Origin: Candidatus Heimdallarchaeum aukensis
Lineage (GTDB): Archaea > Asgardarchaeota > Heimdallarchaeia > Heimdallarchaeales > Heimdallarchaeaceae
DNA length: 64,000 nucleotides
NCBI GenBank assembly: GCA_021513695.1
Contig: CP084166.1
Span: 2,816,001-2,880,000 of the forward strand
Direction of reading: 5' to 3'
The notes beneath the pieces are model-generated. The model was not told the origin of the DNA. It searched no databases and saw only the letters and a program-made list of their open reading frames with translations. How positions within the stretch are numbered: the stretch's first letter is position 1; the number at the start of each line of letters is the position of its first letter. Below are positions 20,107 to 30,286 of this stretch, piece after piece. The translations under genes were made by a program, and so were the position numbers.

Positions 20107-20222
20107 AAGATACAGTAAGGTTCAAGTAATTCTCAACAAAGTTTAAAGGAAGAAAAACCAAGAAATAGAAAAAATATGTTATACTTATTTTTCGAGAACG
20201 ATTTATATTCTTTTTTTGATTA

Positions 20223-21056
20223 TTATAACGATTTAAGAGCTCTATACCAATATTTTTTACCTTTTTCTTTCTTTTCTAGATCCATGTCATGTAATATTTT
20301 TACAGCTAAATTAGCTGCTTGAATAGCTTCTTTTTCTCCTTTTGTTGCAAATTCATTAGTTACTCTATTAGCGTAAACCGCACAAATTGCTCCCGTACGC
20401 AATCCATAAATTTGTCCCAAAGTAAATATGTGAGAAGCTTCCATCTCGAAGTTAAGAACACCCATTTTCTGTAAATCGGGGACAATTAAATCTGTTTTAC
20501 TTAATTTGTAATCGTTGACTCCAGGACGTCCTTGACCTAGATAAAAACTAGATGAAGAAGCTGTTATTCCTAAATGGTATCTGAACCCTAATGTTTCACA
20601 AGCTTCGATGAGAGCGAGAACTACTTCATAATGAGCCATTGCTGGATATTCTGGAAGAACATAAAAACCACTTGAACCTTCCATTTTCACTGCTCCACTG
20701 CTAATAATAAGATCCCCTAACTCTATTCCTGGTTGGATAGCTCCTGAAGAGCCCACACGGATGAAAGTATCACACCCTATATTTACCAACTCTGTCATAG
20801 CAATTTCGCAAGCAGGAGTACCAATACCTGTAGAAGTAACGCTTATTGGAACACCATGTACTTTTCCTGTATAAGAGTAATATTGCCTATGCGCTGCAAC
20901 TTGATGCATCTCTTCCCAAGTAGAAGCTATTCTCTTAGCTCTCTCTGGATCTCCTGGAAGTAAAACAGGACCTTTTAAATCTCCTGGTTTACATTCAATA
21001 TGGTATTGCATTCCTTGTTCAAAAATAGGTTTATCAGCAGACACTTTTTTAGACAT
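20223..21056 (-). CDS. udp: Uridine phosphorylase (PNP/UDP family 1)
   Basis: 277 aa. Alignable by eye along its length to E. coli Udp: 'LLPGDPERAKRIA', 'STGIGTPA', 'FIRVGSSGAIQP', 'GITASSSSFYLGQGR', 'GVLNFEMEAS'. Confidence 0.8.
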   Translation of the reverse strand: MSKKVSADKPIFEQGMQYHIECKPGDLKGPVLLPGDPERAKRIASTWEEMHQVAAHRQYYSYTGKVHGVPISVTSTGIGTPACEIAMTELVNIGCDTFIRVGSSGAIQPGIELGDLIISSGAVKMEGSSGFYVLPEYPAMAHYEVVLALIEACETLGFRYHLGITASSSSFYLGQGRPGVNDYKLSKTDLIVPDLQKMGVLNFEMEASHIFTLGQIYGLRTGAICAVYANRVTNEFATKGEKEAIQAANLAVKILHDMDLEKKEKGKKYWYRALKSL

Positions 21057-21060
21057 TCTT

Positions 21061-22326
21061 TCACTTCCTAATACTTTTTAAAATTTCTAAAGCCTTATCA
21101 TATGTTATCTCTTTTAATTCTATAAGTTTACTGGCTACTTTCTTGATTTCCTTTCCTTGAGCTCCTACAGTTACAGCAAGATTACGAGCATGAAGAGACA
21201 TATGACCTGCTTGTATTCCCTCACTTGCAAGTGCTCGAATAGCTGCTAAATTCTGTGCTAACCCTACAGATCCTGCAACAATAGCTAATTCTTCAGCAGT
21301 TGAGACATTAAGAATCTTGAGTAGAGTCTTATAAGTGGGATGAACCCGAATCGCTCCTCCTACAACTCCAACAGAAAGAGGTAATTCTAAATAACCTACG
21401 AGATCTCCATTCTCATCCTTTTCAAATTTAGATAATGAAGAATATTTTCCGTCTTTTGAAGCATATGCATGAGCTCCTGCCTCAATTGCTCGAGTGTCGT
21501 TACCAGTGGCAAGCATAACTGCAGTGATACCATTCATAATTCCTTTATTATGTGTAACTGCCCTAAAAACATCATGTTTAGCAAAGTCATAGGCAAATAA
21601 GATATTTTCAACTGCTTTATCTCCCCCTAGGAGCTCTTTGTCAAATGTAGCTTTGACTTTAACCATACGCTTAATTGCGTAATTAGAAAGAATTCTAAGT
21701 AATACTTTACAATCAACAATACTTTCAATAAAAGGTTGTAATTTTTCTAACATAGTGTTAACAGCGTTTGCACCCATAGCATCTTTAGTATCTACAATTA
21801 GATGCAAAATGAAATATTCTCTTAGATCTCCTTTAACTCTTCTCACTTCTATATCCTTGGCTCCTCCACCCAGCTTTACTAGAAATTCATTCGTAGAATT
21901 GGCTATCTTTAAAATTTTTTCTTTATTTGAATAAATTTTTTGTTTTACTGTTTCAAAAGAATCAGAAGATAAAAGCTGTATTTGTCCAATAACTATTGAA
22001 CCCGTATACTCTGCAGTAAATCCTCCTTTTTTTCTAGCTATCTTTGCCGCATGACTAGCTGCAGCAACAACAGAGGACTCTTCAATAACCATAGGGATAA
22101 GATAGTCCTTACCATTAATCTTGAAATTTGTTGCAATACCAACAGGAAAAGGTATTTTTCCAATAGTGTTTTCAATCATAACTTCAAAGACAGAATCACT
22201 AATTTCTTGATCTTGTAAGGATTTAAAGTCATGCTCATTTAGATTAACCATAGAAGAAATAATTTTCCTTCTTTCTTCTTGAGAATAAGAATAAAATTTC
22301 GGTATTCTTGAATTAAGGGTCATCAA
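21061..22326 (-). CDS. hmgA: HMG-CoA reductase (class I, archaeal type)
   Basis: 421 aa. 'DAMGANAVNTM' plus the 'ELPLSVGVVGG' and 'GAHAYASKDGKY' motifs. Confidence 0.85.
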   Translation of the reverse strand: MMTLNSRIPKFYSYSQEERRKIISSMVNLNEHDFKSLQDQEISDSVFEVMIENTIGKIPFPVGIATNFKINGKDYLIPMVIEESSVVAAASHAAKIARKKGGFTAEYTGSIVIGQIQLLSSDSFETVKQKIYSNKEKILKIANSTNEFLVKLGGGAKDIEVRRVKGDLREYFILHLIVDTKDAMGANAVNTMLEKLQPFIESIVDCKVLLRILSNYAIKRMVKVKATFDKELLGGDKAVENILFAYDFAKHDVFRAVTHNKGIMNGITAVMLATGNDTRAIEAGAHAYASKDGKYSSLSKFEKDENGDLVGYLELPLSVGVVGGAIRVHPTYKTLLKILNVSTAEELAIVAGSVGLAQNLAAIRALASEGIQAGHMSLHARNLAVTVGAQGKEIKKVASKLIELKEITYDKALEILKSIRK

Positions 22327-22406
22327 GAATAGAAACTAAGCAGAAATTAAAAAACTTTTCAAAATAAGATTTAACAAGACAAAAGTTTGAAGAATGGTAA
22401 AAGAAA

Positions 22407-22625
22407 TTATAATTCTTCTAAAACTTGGATTGTTTTGTCTTGGAATTTTCGCATGATGCGAGTAACATAACCTGCAATTCTATTTCTCATGTGTTTTGTC
22501 ATAGGACTGCAAACTTGTTCAACAACATGCTTGTTATTCTGAAAATCTAAATTTAATTGATCATGAAAGTCTCTAACTATTTGTTTAGCGAGTTTTTTGA
22601 TTTGACTTGTTCTTACATTACCCAT
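22407..22625 (-). CDS. rps17e: 30S ribosomal protein S17e
   Basis: 72 aa 'MGNVRTSQIKKLAKQIVRDF...' matches the S17e N-terminal consensus (MGxVRTKxVKRxARxI). Confidence 0.85.
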   Translation of the reverse strand: MGNVRTSQIKKLAKQIVRDFHDQLNLDFQNNKHVVEQVCSPMTKHMRNRIAGYVTRIMRKFQDKTIQVLEEL

Positions 22626-22775
22626 TTAATTCACCTAGGATTGGAATCTATCGTTAGCTTTTCTTGAATTCAATGGAATTGGTAGGAATTTAAAACTTTT
22701 GTTCATTTAGAATTATTAGGTTCAGTGAAAAAGATATTTAACATAATAATTCCGACAGAAAAAGTAAAAATTGGT

Positions 22776-23498
22776 TTAGAAATAAAATTGCTCATCTACA
22801 TGTACAATTATTCCATTTTTTGTAATAGTGAACGGTCTTTCCATCATCTCATGCTTTTGTCCACGCATTTTTCTAATATTAAGACTTCTTACACCTAGTG
22901 TGTTGACAAATTTGTAATTAAGGACAATTACTCCTTGACTCATGAATTCTTCTACACCAAAACGGGAAACTTCGGTTCCTGCCATCTCGCTGGTTAATAT
23001 AGTTGTACAATCCAAGGAACTCATAACTGCAGAAAGCTTAAGTATTTCTCTTCGAATTTGTTGTTCACTAGCCATCGAAAGAGCTAGAGCAGTAATGCTA
23101 TCGATAACTACTCTTTCTGCTCCAATTGCATCTATAGTTGTAATTAATTGATTAATGAGTTCATCTACATCCACAGGAGTTTGATATTTCTCGTTTGAAC
23201 TCACTCCTGCTCTAGGACTAAAACCATCAATTATAACTAATAAATCCTGTTCTTCAAGTTCTCGAAGATTCCAACCAAAATTAAGACACTGCTGTCTTAC
23301 GTGCTCTGGGTGTTCATCAAATGAAACAAAAATACCTGTTTCTCCCGCCGAGACAATACCGTGATAGAGAAATTGGTGACCAAAAGTAGACTTTCCTCCA
23401 CCAGCAGGCCCTGCTAATAATATTGTTCTCCCTTTGGGAAGACCGCCACCCAAAATTTTGTCTAGTCCTGGAATACCTGTTTCTACTAATTCCATCAT
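22776..23498 (-). CDS. KaiC/RecA-superfamily ATPase (single KaiC-like domain). Start trimmed to the internal Met
   Basis: 'GIPGLDKILGGGLPKGRTILLAGPAGGGKSTF' (KaiC-type Walker A) and Walker B 'LLVIIDGFS'. The track's N-terminal extension 'MCKNLLFPIYYFFVV' is probably spurious. Confidence 0.75.
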   Translation of the reverse strand: MMELVETGIPGLDKILGGGLPKGRTILLAGPAGGGKSTFGHQFLYHGIVSAGETGIFVSFDEHPEHVRQQCLNFGWNLRELEEQDLLVIIDGFSPRAGVSSNEKYQTPVDVDELINQLITTIDAIGAERVVIDSITALALSMASEQQIRREILKLSAVMSSLDCTTILTSEMAGTEVSRFGVEEFMSQGVIVLNYKFVNTLGVRSLNIRKMRGQKHEMMERPFTITKNGIIVHVDEQFYF

Positions 23499-23582
23499 TA
23501 CCACAAAAAAATAATAAATAGGAAATAATAAGTTTTTGCACACTGCAAAGTCTTTTCAGAATCAAATTAAATATTCTTAAAT

Positions 23583-25427
23583 TCAGTCTATAATGCCATC
23601 CTCTACTTCATCAACGTTGATTATTTCTTCTCTCTTAGGTAAATGCCAACCTCCTCCTGGAGTTTTAATAACTACCGTTGGTTCACTAGTTTGATCAATA
23701 AAAATTAACAGTTCTACGTTGAATTTCTTCTTTACATATGAAGAAGCTTCCACCACAGTATATTTTCCATCCACTAAATAAATAATTGAGCCTAGTACTG
23801 CTTTTTCCACACAAGAGCTCTTTTCATCTACAATTCCTACCCTCGCGGTTAAGTCCCAGTTCATGGTCCTAATTAAAGGAACAAATCCAATATTCTTGAT
23901 TTTTATTGTTTCTGAAGAAAGAACGTAATAGGGTGATCTCATTTCTTTTGGATATTCTTTAAGAAGTTTTGGCGATGAACTTACAAACTTTTTTAGCGCA
24001 GATTTGGAGCTCCTTAGTTTAAGAACAGGTTTATAGGAATCTTTGATTTTTGGAGATTTTTTAATAAGCTTATTATAATAATCCTCAATGGTTGTTTTCA
24101 ATTCTGGTATTCCAGAGAAAAATAGCCAAGTAAGAAATTCTAAACTTAAAATGCATAATCCATAGTTCTCAGAATTAAGAGCAAGATGAAAAGATTGTTC
24201 AAACATTAATCGTGATTGAAAAGTTTTCCCTTGTTGCATGAACTTAAAACCAATTTGATTAATGAACTCTATGTCTTCATAACTTCTTGGTATAGCTTCT
24301 TCTTCAATTTCTCCATTGCTCAAAACTACAGAAAGTAGAATAAGTGTGTGTACTAAATTAGCTAAATCTGGTCTGTTTCTCCTAACACATAAATCTTCAA
24401 AGGCTGGAGTAAAATAAGAAGGAAGACGGTGAATTTGTTCTGTTAACAAGAGTAAAATTATTCTTAGAAAATGGATTTCCATATCTAAATCAGTAACAAC
24501 AGCAGTGCTCTGGAAGAAGATCATTAAAAGTTCATCCATGTAGACTCTTCCGAGTTCAAGTTCTTTATTTTCAATAAGACAGATACATGCAAGATAAAGA
24601 AGACGACTTAAAAGAACCAAAGAGGAATTGTAAATTGGATGATCTTCTATATCAGAGGAAGCTAAACGCCAATCTACTATAGCATCTATTATCTCTCTTA
24701 CTCGAGAAATCAGTTCTGGTTGTAGTTCTTCGTACTTTTCTTCTCTGAAATCTGTTTCAAAAATACTGAGATCCTCCCACACTTCAGAAATTAATTCTTT
24801 TAGTTGCAAAGCTTGTATAGAAAACTCTTCTTTACTGATGTCTCCTTCTTTGATTTCACTTATCTTTTCTTCATATTCAGCTTTAATTACAGAAATTGCT
24901 GAATCAAAAATTTTAGAGATGCGTTTAACAGGGTCATAACGGTTTGTACTGCTTACAGAATAACGAATCTCGGCACTAAAAAGTTTTCTTTCTAATTCTT
25001 GAAGAAATTTAAGAGAAGAAGAATCATCACACTTCTCAATAAGATAACGAACAAAAGCACTATCAATATAGGATTGAATGTTTACTAATTCTGCAGTTTC
25101 AATAAGTTTAATGTCGCTACTAACTATCTTTGCTTTGAGTTTGTAAGCTACATAAATTACACTCAAATCAGGTTTTTGAGGAACACTAGGTGTGAGTGAA
25201 TAAAGTCTTGTTAGAAATTGGTTAAAATCTTCTGTATCTACCTTTTTAACTGTAATATGTGGTTCAAGTTCTCGAAAAAGAAAGTGTCTCATCTCACCTT
25301 TTATATAAGAAGTGATGACAATCTTTATCTTAAGTTTCTTTACTATTTGAGCAAACTTTGAGTACTTTTGGGGTTCAGATTGAAAACCTGAAATAAAGAA
25401 GTTAGTGTCAACTACAAATGTTTCCAT
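23583..25427 (-). CDS. PIN-domain protein with a large alpha-helical (TPR-like) body and a ~100-aa beta-rich C-terminal domain. Function unknown
   Basis: 614 aa. N-terminus 'METFVVDTNFFIS' (PIN Asp1) ... 'KIVSSDIKLIE' (PIN distal Asp). Its stop is 40 bp upstream of the KaiC-like gene on the same strand. Confidence 0.5.
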   Translation of the reverse strand: METFVVDTNFFISGFQSEPQKYSKFAQIVKKLKIKIVITSYIKGEMRHFLFRELEPHITVKKVDTEDFNQFLTRLYSLTPSVPQKPDLSVIYVAYKLKAKIVSSDIKLIETAELVNIQSYIDSAFVRYLIEKCDDSSSLKFLQELERKLFSAEIRYSVSSTNRYDPVKRISKIFDSAISVIKAEYEEKISEIKEGDISKEEFSIQALQLKELISEVWEDLSIFETDFREEKYEELQPELISRVREIIDAIVDWRLASSDIEDHPIYNSSLVLLSRLLYLACICLIENKELELGRVYMDELLMIFFQSTAVVTDLDMEIHFLRIILLLLTEQIHRLPSYFTPAFEDLCVRRNRPDLANLVHTLILLSVVLSNGEIEEEAIPRSYEDIEFINQIGFKFMQQGKTFQSRLMFEQSFHLALNSENYGLCILSLEFLTWLFFSGIPELKTTIEDYYNKLIKKSPKIKDSYKPVLKLRSSKSALKKFVSSSPKLLKEYPKEMRSPYYVLSSETIKIKNIGFVPLIRTMNWDLTARVGIVDEKSSCVEKAVLGSIIYLVDGKYTVVEASSYVKKKFNVELLIFIDQTSEPTVVIKTPGGGWHLPKREEIINVDEVEDGIID

Positions 25428-25523
25428 TAATACTACTATAAATCATTAGCACATAAAACATTTTTGCAAATATTAGAAAAGTAAAGACTAAAAAAATTAA
25501 TATCAAATGGACAATCTACAAAT

Positions 25524-26432
25524 TTATACTATATTGTAATAAAGCTCTGTTAACCCTTCTTCTAAACGTATTTTTGGATTAAAATTAAGTTCTTTTTGAG
25601 CTTTAGAGATTGAACAATAGCTGTGCTTTATATCTCCAGTTCTTGGCTCGGTGTAATTTATTGGCAGGTCCTTCTTTGCAATTTTGAGAAGTAAATTTGC
25701 AAGTTCTAGTATCGAAGTTTGCTTTCCTGTACCTATATTATAACTTTCTCCGTTGGATTTGTCGTTTTTTAAGACTAGTTCTATAGCAGAAACAACGTCT
25801 TGGACATGTATAAAATCTCGTGTTTGTATTCCATCGCCTTCAATAATTGGTGAAGAATTAAGGTGAATTCGATGTATAAATTTACTAATAACTCCAGAAT
25901 AAGGATCATCTATTTTTTGTAGTTTGCTGTAAAGGTTAAATAGGACAAGAGATGTAGTAGGAAGATTATATAAAGAATGATATAGCATCGTGTAACGTTC
26001 TCCAACAAGTTTAGATAAACCGTAGGGAGAAAGAGGTTCACGTGGATGTTCTTCAGTAATTGGAAGAAATTTTGGTACTCCAAAAGTAGCTGCAGAACTT
26101 AAATAAACGAACTTTTTGATATCTCGTTTTCTGGCAAATTCAAGCAAATTTAGTGTTCCTTCAATATTTGTCTTAGCATCAAATAAAGGCTCTTTCGTGG
26201 ACTTTTTAACTGAAATTTGAGCAGCTGTGTGAATAATGAAATCAACTTCAGGAAGAGAAGAATAAATAGAAGCATCTAATATGTCTCCTTTAATAAATAA
26301 ACAGTCATTAGGAGGTGCAATTTTAGCGTTAGATAAATTATCTAGAAGAACAAACTCATAATCATTTTTTAGATATTTGTAGATATGCGCACCAACCTGA
26401 CCTAGACCTCCAGTCACGAGAATTTTATCCAT
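25524..26432 (-). CDS. NAD-dependent epimerase/dehydratase (extended SDR; UDP-sugar 4-epimerase-like)
   Basis: 'VTGGLGQVGAH' (GxxGxxG) and 'YGLSK' (YxxxK). 302 aa. Confidence 0.8.
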   Translation of the reverse strand: MDKILVTGGLGQVGAHIYKYLKNDYEFVLLDNLSNAKIAPPNDCLFIKGDILDASIYSSLPEVDFIIHTAAQISVKKSTKEPLFDAKTNIEGTLNLLEFARKRDIKKFVYLSSAATFGVPKFLPITEEHPREPLSPYGLSKLVGERYTMLYHSLYNLPTTSLVLFNLYSKLQKIDDPYSGVISKFIHRIHLNSSPIIEGDGIQTRDFIHVQDVVSAIELVLKNDKSNGESYNIGTGKQTSILELANLLLKIAKKDLPINYTEPRTGDIKHSYCSISKAQKELNFNPKIRLEEGLTELYYNIV

Positions 26433-26515
26433 AAATATGGATATTAGAACGTGTAATTAAATTTTTTTATAATGATTCATTTCTTCTTTCTTGAGTAACC
26501 TTTATAATCTTAAAT

Positions 26516-27211
26516 TTGTTGACTAAGCTTATGTCAAAACTTGGTCAATCTATGGTATTAACAAAAATTTTTCAAATCACAGGAGGAATCATTTTAATCT
26601 TGATATCAATTGCTGGTATGATCGATACTGAAAAAACTTTACAAATTATGCGTTGGGTTCTATCTTCTATTCTGATTATATTTTCAATTTCAATAATACT
26701 ATATACTTTCTTGGCAATAGAGAAAACTGAAAAAACAAAGCGCATTCTCTTTATAGTAACTAGTGTTATTGTTCTTGTTCTAGGTATACTTCCTATGATC
26801 TTTGGTTCTGTAGCTAGTCAAATGATAACAATAATTTTAATGGTTATAATGTTTGTAACTGGATGTTTACGTATTTCAATAGGCTTCAAATCATCTACGC
26901 TTCCCAGATGGAAAACTAACATTTACATATTGGTAGGCTCTGTTGCTGCAACACTTTCGTCTGTAGTACTAATCTTTTATTCAAGATCAGTCACTTCTTC
27001 TGTTGTCTTCTTTTTTGCATTTCTCCTTACTTTAACAGGAGGGACTCTTATTCTAGATGGTATAACTAAACCCAAAGAAGGTCATTATAAAATTAGAGAA
27101 GAGAAAGAAGAGCAAAAAGGTGAAGAAAAATTAGAAACTAAAACCGAAGAAAAATTAGAAGAGCCCACTGAAACTGAAACAGAAGATATCAAAGAAACAA
27201 ATGACGAGTAA
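26516..27211 (+). CDS. Integral membrane protein (about 6 TM) with an acidic E/K/T-rich C-terminal tail. Hypothetical
   Basis: Hydrophobic helices throughout. The tail 'EEKEEQKGEEKLETKTEEKLEEPTETETEDIKETNDE' is low-complexity. Confidence 0.5.
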   Translation: MLTKLMSKLGQSMVLTKIFQITGGIILILISIAGMIDTEKTLQIMRWVLSSILIIFSISIILYTFLAIEKTEKTKRILFIVTSVIVLVLGILPMIFGSVASQMITIILMVIMFVTGCLRISIGFKSSTLPRWKTNIYILVGSVAATLSSVVLIFYSRSVTSSVVFFFAFLLTLTGGTLILDGITKPKEGHYKIREEKEEQKGEEKLETKTEEKLEEPTETETEDIKETNDE

Positions 27212-27372
27212 TTTTTACTCTTTTTTCTCCTTTTTTACTTTTTTTGTTATTATAAGAACATGCCAATAGGAAACTCGTTAAACTTATTTACTCCAATTAA
27301 AGCATGGGTTGGGCATTATAGCAAAAATATTAAAAAGGTATGACAAATTGGATTGATGTAGAGAAATAATGG

Positions 27373-28200
27373 GTGGATAAAAAGGTGAAAAAACATTACG
27401 TCCTTGCTTTAGTTTTTATAATTAGTTTGTCATTTAGTTTAACCCCAAAACTAAACATTAGTGCTCAAATAGAAGAGGAAGAAATAGACTGGGACTATTC
27501 AGGGTTGATTAAGTTCCAAGCAGATAGAATAAAATTTGATGAGGATTCTCCAATTAAGTTGAGATACTACTATCATCTTTTCTATAATGAAGAAACAGAG
27601 ACAGTAGAGTCATTAGTTGTTCTTTATGGACTAAGGCCCATTATAAGTGCTCCTTATTATTCAAAATTTTTCAGTGAAGGTGCAACCTATACCCGCTTTA
27701 GCTACTGGTTAAACGATTCCTATGACATTGACTGGATAGATATAACTTATGAATCAGTAACCGATGAGACTTCAGAAAATTATGCTCCTGAATATTTAAC
27801 AGTTTACAATGCTATTGCAAATAATTCCTTATTCAAGACACGATCAGATGTTTGGGAAAGAACAGGAGTTATTAAATTTCCAATTCATTTTGCTAACTTA
27901 TCTAGTGTTATAGGAGAAACAATCGGGTTGTGGGAAATCATCCAAAGAGATGGTACAATTATCCGTGGACAATTTACAACTTATGGCAAAACTAATCCTA
28001 TTTTTGAAGATCCAAAATCAAGCTATACATGGCCTGATTATAATGTGACAGTTGCACAAGACATAGAAAGATCTTCTTTGCCGAGAGAACATTCAGTTAG
28101 AGTTCCTTACTCTCTCACTTCAACAGTATTAGCAAGTTTTGCATTAACTTTATTCCTAAATGTTCTAAAAAGAAGTAAAAAAAAGGAGATGAAAAATTAA
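27373..28200 (+). CDS. Secreted protein with a C-terminal TM anchor. Paralogous at its N-terminus to the next gene
   Basis: Signal peptide 'KKHYVLALVFIISLSFSL'. Mature N-terminus 'EEEEIDWDYSGLIKF' (compare the next gene's 'DESEWDFSGVIRV'). C-terminal hydrophobic helix plus 'KRSKKKEMKN'. Its stop directly abuts the next ATG (taaatg). Confidence 0.5.
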   Translation: MDKKVKKHYVLALVFIISLSFSLTPKLNISAQIEEEEIDWDYSGLIKFQADRIKFDEDSPIKLRYYYHLFYNEETETVESLVVLYGLRPIISAPYYSKFFSEGATYTRFSYWLNDSYDIDWIDITYESVTDETSENYAPEYLTVYNAIANNSLFKTRSDVWERTGVIKFPIHFANLSSVIGETIGLWEIIQRDGTIIRGQFTTYGKTNPIFEDPKSSYTWPDYNVTVAQDIERSSLPREHSVRVPYSLTSTVLASFALTLFLNVLKRSKKKEMKN

Positions 28201-29550
28201 ATGAAATATAAACAAGTTTTTTTTGTATTTACAACTCTAATCTTATTCTCTTCATTAATTGCTAACATCAATCTCATTACTTATGCACAAGATGACGAAT
28301 CAGAGTGGGATTTTTCCGGAGTAATTAGGGTAGATAGTGAATTAAGAAGACCTCCAATTTTTCAAGCTGAAGAACTAGATCAAACTAAACCAACAATTTT
28401 TCCTTTAAATGATGTAAGCTTAGAACTTAATACAACTGAAAACAGTCTTCAATGGTTTGTATCTGATTTGTATCCAGGAGATTTCCCTGATAACTATTCA
28501 ATTTATATGAATGATAGTCTTATTCAAAATGGGAAATGGGAATCAAATCAATATATAACTGTAAATTTGGACGATTTAGAAAATGGGAATTATCGTTATT
28601 CTATAATTATTCAAGATATTAAAGGGAACAAAGCTCAAGATGAAGTTTATGTAAGTGTAGTAAATGAAACTGCTCCATACATAAGACAAGTAGCAGATAT
28701 AGAGTTCTTTGAGGGGAGTAGCATTGGACCAATTGTTTGGCAAGTAACTGATAAAAATCTATCAAGTTATGTAATTCAACGAAATGGAGGAACAGTAGAC
28801 TCGAATACTTGGTCAGAAAATACTAGTGAAAGTGATTGGAACCCAGAGAGCCCAACTATTTCTTACGCTATATCTGCATTAGAGATAGGAGAACATAATA
28901 TTACTCTAATTGTTGAAGATATTTATGGACAGCAAAGTGTTGACACAGTTATTGTAACAGTAAAGGATCCGTCAACTAGAATAAATTATGAAAATTATGA
29001 ACCTCCTAACATAGAAATAGCAGTACTAGGTTTGGACACAAATGATGATGATTCAATGGATACTTACTATGGATTTTATGGAATAATCGAAGATCCAGGT
29101 GTGGAAGGGTACTTTACTAAAATCCTTGAACCATACCTTGGTGCAACTTGGAGAATGAGAATTCCTCAAGATTCCCCAGCTACTTGGGAAGTAATATACT
29201 ATCCTAATCCTATATATGATAAAATAAGGCCTTATTTAGCTTATGAAGCACCAGTATATTTTGTTAACTTAACAGTTGCCACTGGCGTAAATTTAGAATA
29301 TGAAATAGATCTCGGAAGAAACACAACATATGGAAACTTAACAACATATGGTGCTGACAATCCATTGTTCCCAGAAGTACCAGAGTACTCAGGATATAAT
29401 TTTGCCATTCCATACTACACAGGAACAAAAGAAAATGAAGTTACAGTAGAAACTGATTTCTTTAGCAGCCTATCATCAATGATAAGTATTGTATCTCTTT
29501 CATTTTCAGTTTTAGTCCTTTATAATAAAACGAAAAGAAAAATGAAATAA
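28201..29550 (+). CDS. Secreted protein with two Ig-like repeats and a C-terminal TM anchor
   Basis: Signal peptide. Two internally similar ~90-aa beta-rich modules ('LQWFVSDLYPGD...NGNYRYSIIIQD' and 'IVWQVTDKNL...GEHNITLIVED'). C-terminal helix plus 'KTKRKMK'. Confidence 0.5.
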   Translation: MKYKQVFFVFTTLILFSSLIANINLITYAQDDESEWDFSGVIRVDSELRRPPIFQAEELDQTKPTIFPLNDVSLELNTTENSLQWFVSDLYPGDFPDNYSIYMNDSLIQNGKWESNQYITVNLDDLENGNYRYSIIIQDIKGNKAQDEVYVSVVNETAPYIRQVADIEFFEGSSIGPIVWQVTDKNLSSYVIQRNGGTVDSNTWSENTSESDWNPESPTISYAISALEIGEHNITLIVEDIYGQQSVDTVIVTVKDPSTRINYENYEPPNIEIAVLGLDTNDDDSMDTYYGFYGIIEDPGVEGYFTKILEPYLGATWRMRIPQDSPATWEVIYYPNPIYDKIRPYLAYEAPVYFVNLTVATGVNLEYEIDLGRNTTYGNLTTYGADNPLFPEVPEYSGYNFAIPYYTGTKENEVTVETDFFSSLSSMISIVSLSFSVLVLYNKTKRKMK

Positions 29551-29620
29551 CAAAAATTCTTTTTCTTTTTATTTTTATTTCAAAGCATTTTTAAGTTCTA
29601 TTAGTTTACAACTAATTAAA

Positions 29621-30286
29621 ATGACTTTATATTCCTCCACAATAGATAGTTTGATTGTTTACATTATTGAAGGAATTGTATTATCATTGTTCGTCTGTAC
29701 TTTTTTTATTAAAAAAAGAAAAATTAGAAAAATAGTAAATGGTGCCGGAGGGCTATTGTTATTCATTCTATTTGTTTTTGGAATATTGTATGATCTTAAA
29801 GATTTTTTAGTCTTATTTTCACTTTCTACTATCATAGTATTTCTTCTAAAAATGATGATTGAAGATAAAAGGGTGAAATACATATGGATTACACTAGCTT
29901 CCTTTGTTTTAATTGCTTTCAGTGTAAAAACACATCTTGAAATAATGTTTTTGTTAAGTTTATGTTTAAGTGTTATCCTGTTTTTATCATTTACTGCAGT
30001 TTCATACTATGAAACAAGTAAAAGAAAAAAAATGGAGAAAGAAGAATTTGAAATTTTTTCTTTAATTTTGGGGGCAGTTTTTTCTCTAACTCTTTGCGCT
30101 CCTCTTGTTTTTTTGATTGTGACTTTTGATTATTCTCAGCTAAATATCGACCTAATGAAGCAAAACAATAATCTAGGAATAGAAGGAAGTCTGGCTATAC
30201 TCTTTGGGATATTCTTGGTGGTTTTTGTTTTCTTATTTATCTATGATTTTGTAGAAGGTAGGAGAGAAAAAGAATGGTATCAGTAG
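29621..30286 (+). CDS. Orphan integral membrane protein (about 6 TM), first of four translationally coupled membrane genes
   Basis: 221 aa, hydrophobic throughout. It overlaps the next ORF by 13 bp. Confidence 0.5.
   Translation: MTLYSSTIDSLIVYIIEGIVLSLFVCTFFIKKRKIRKIVNGAGGLLLFILFVFGILYDLKDFLVLFSLSTIIVFLLKMMIEDKRVKYIWITLASFVLIAFSVKTHLEIMFLLSLCLSVILFLSFTAVSYYETSKRKKMEKEEFEIFSLILGAVFSLTLCAPLVFLIVTFDYSQLNIDLMKQNNNLGIEGSLAILFGIFLVVFVFLFIYDFVEGRREKEWYQ

Noticed and set aside
22776-23543. Longer KaiC-like ORF starting at 23543 (MCKNLLFPIYYFFVV...)
   Set aside because: The first 15 codons are hydrophobic and low-complexity, and KaiC-like proteins start near the 'GIPGLD' block. The internal Met at 23498 is preferred.
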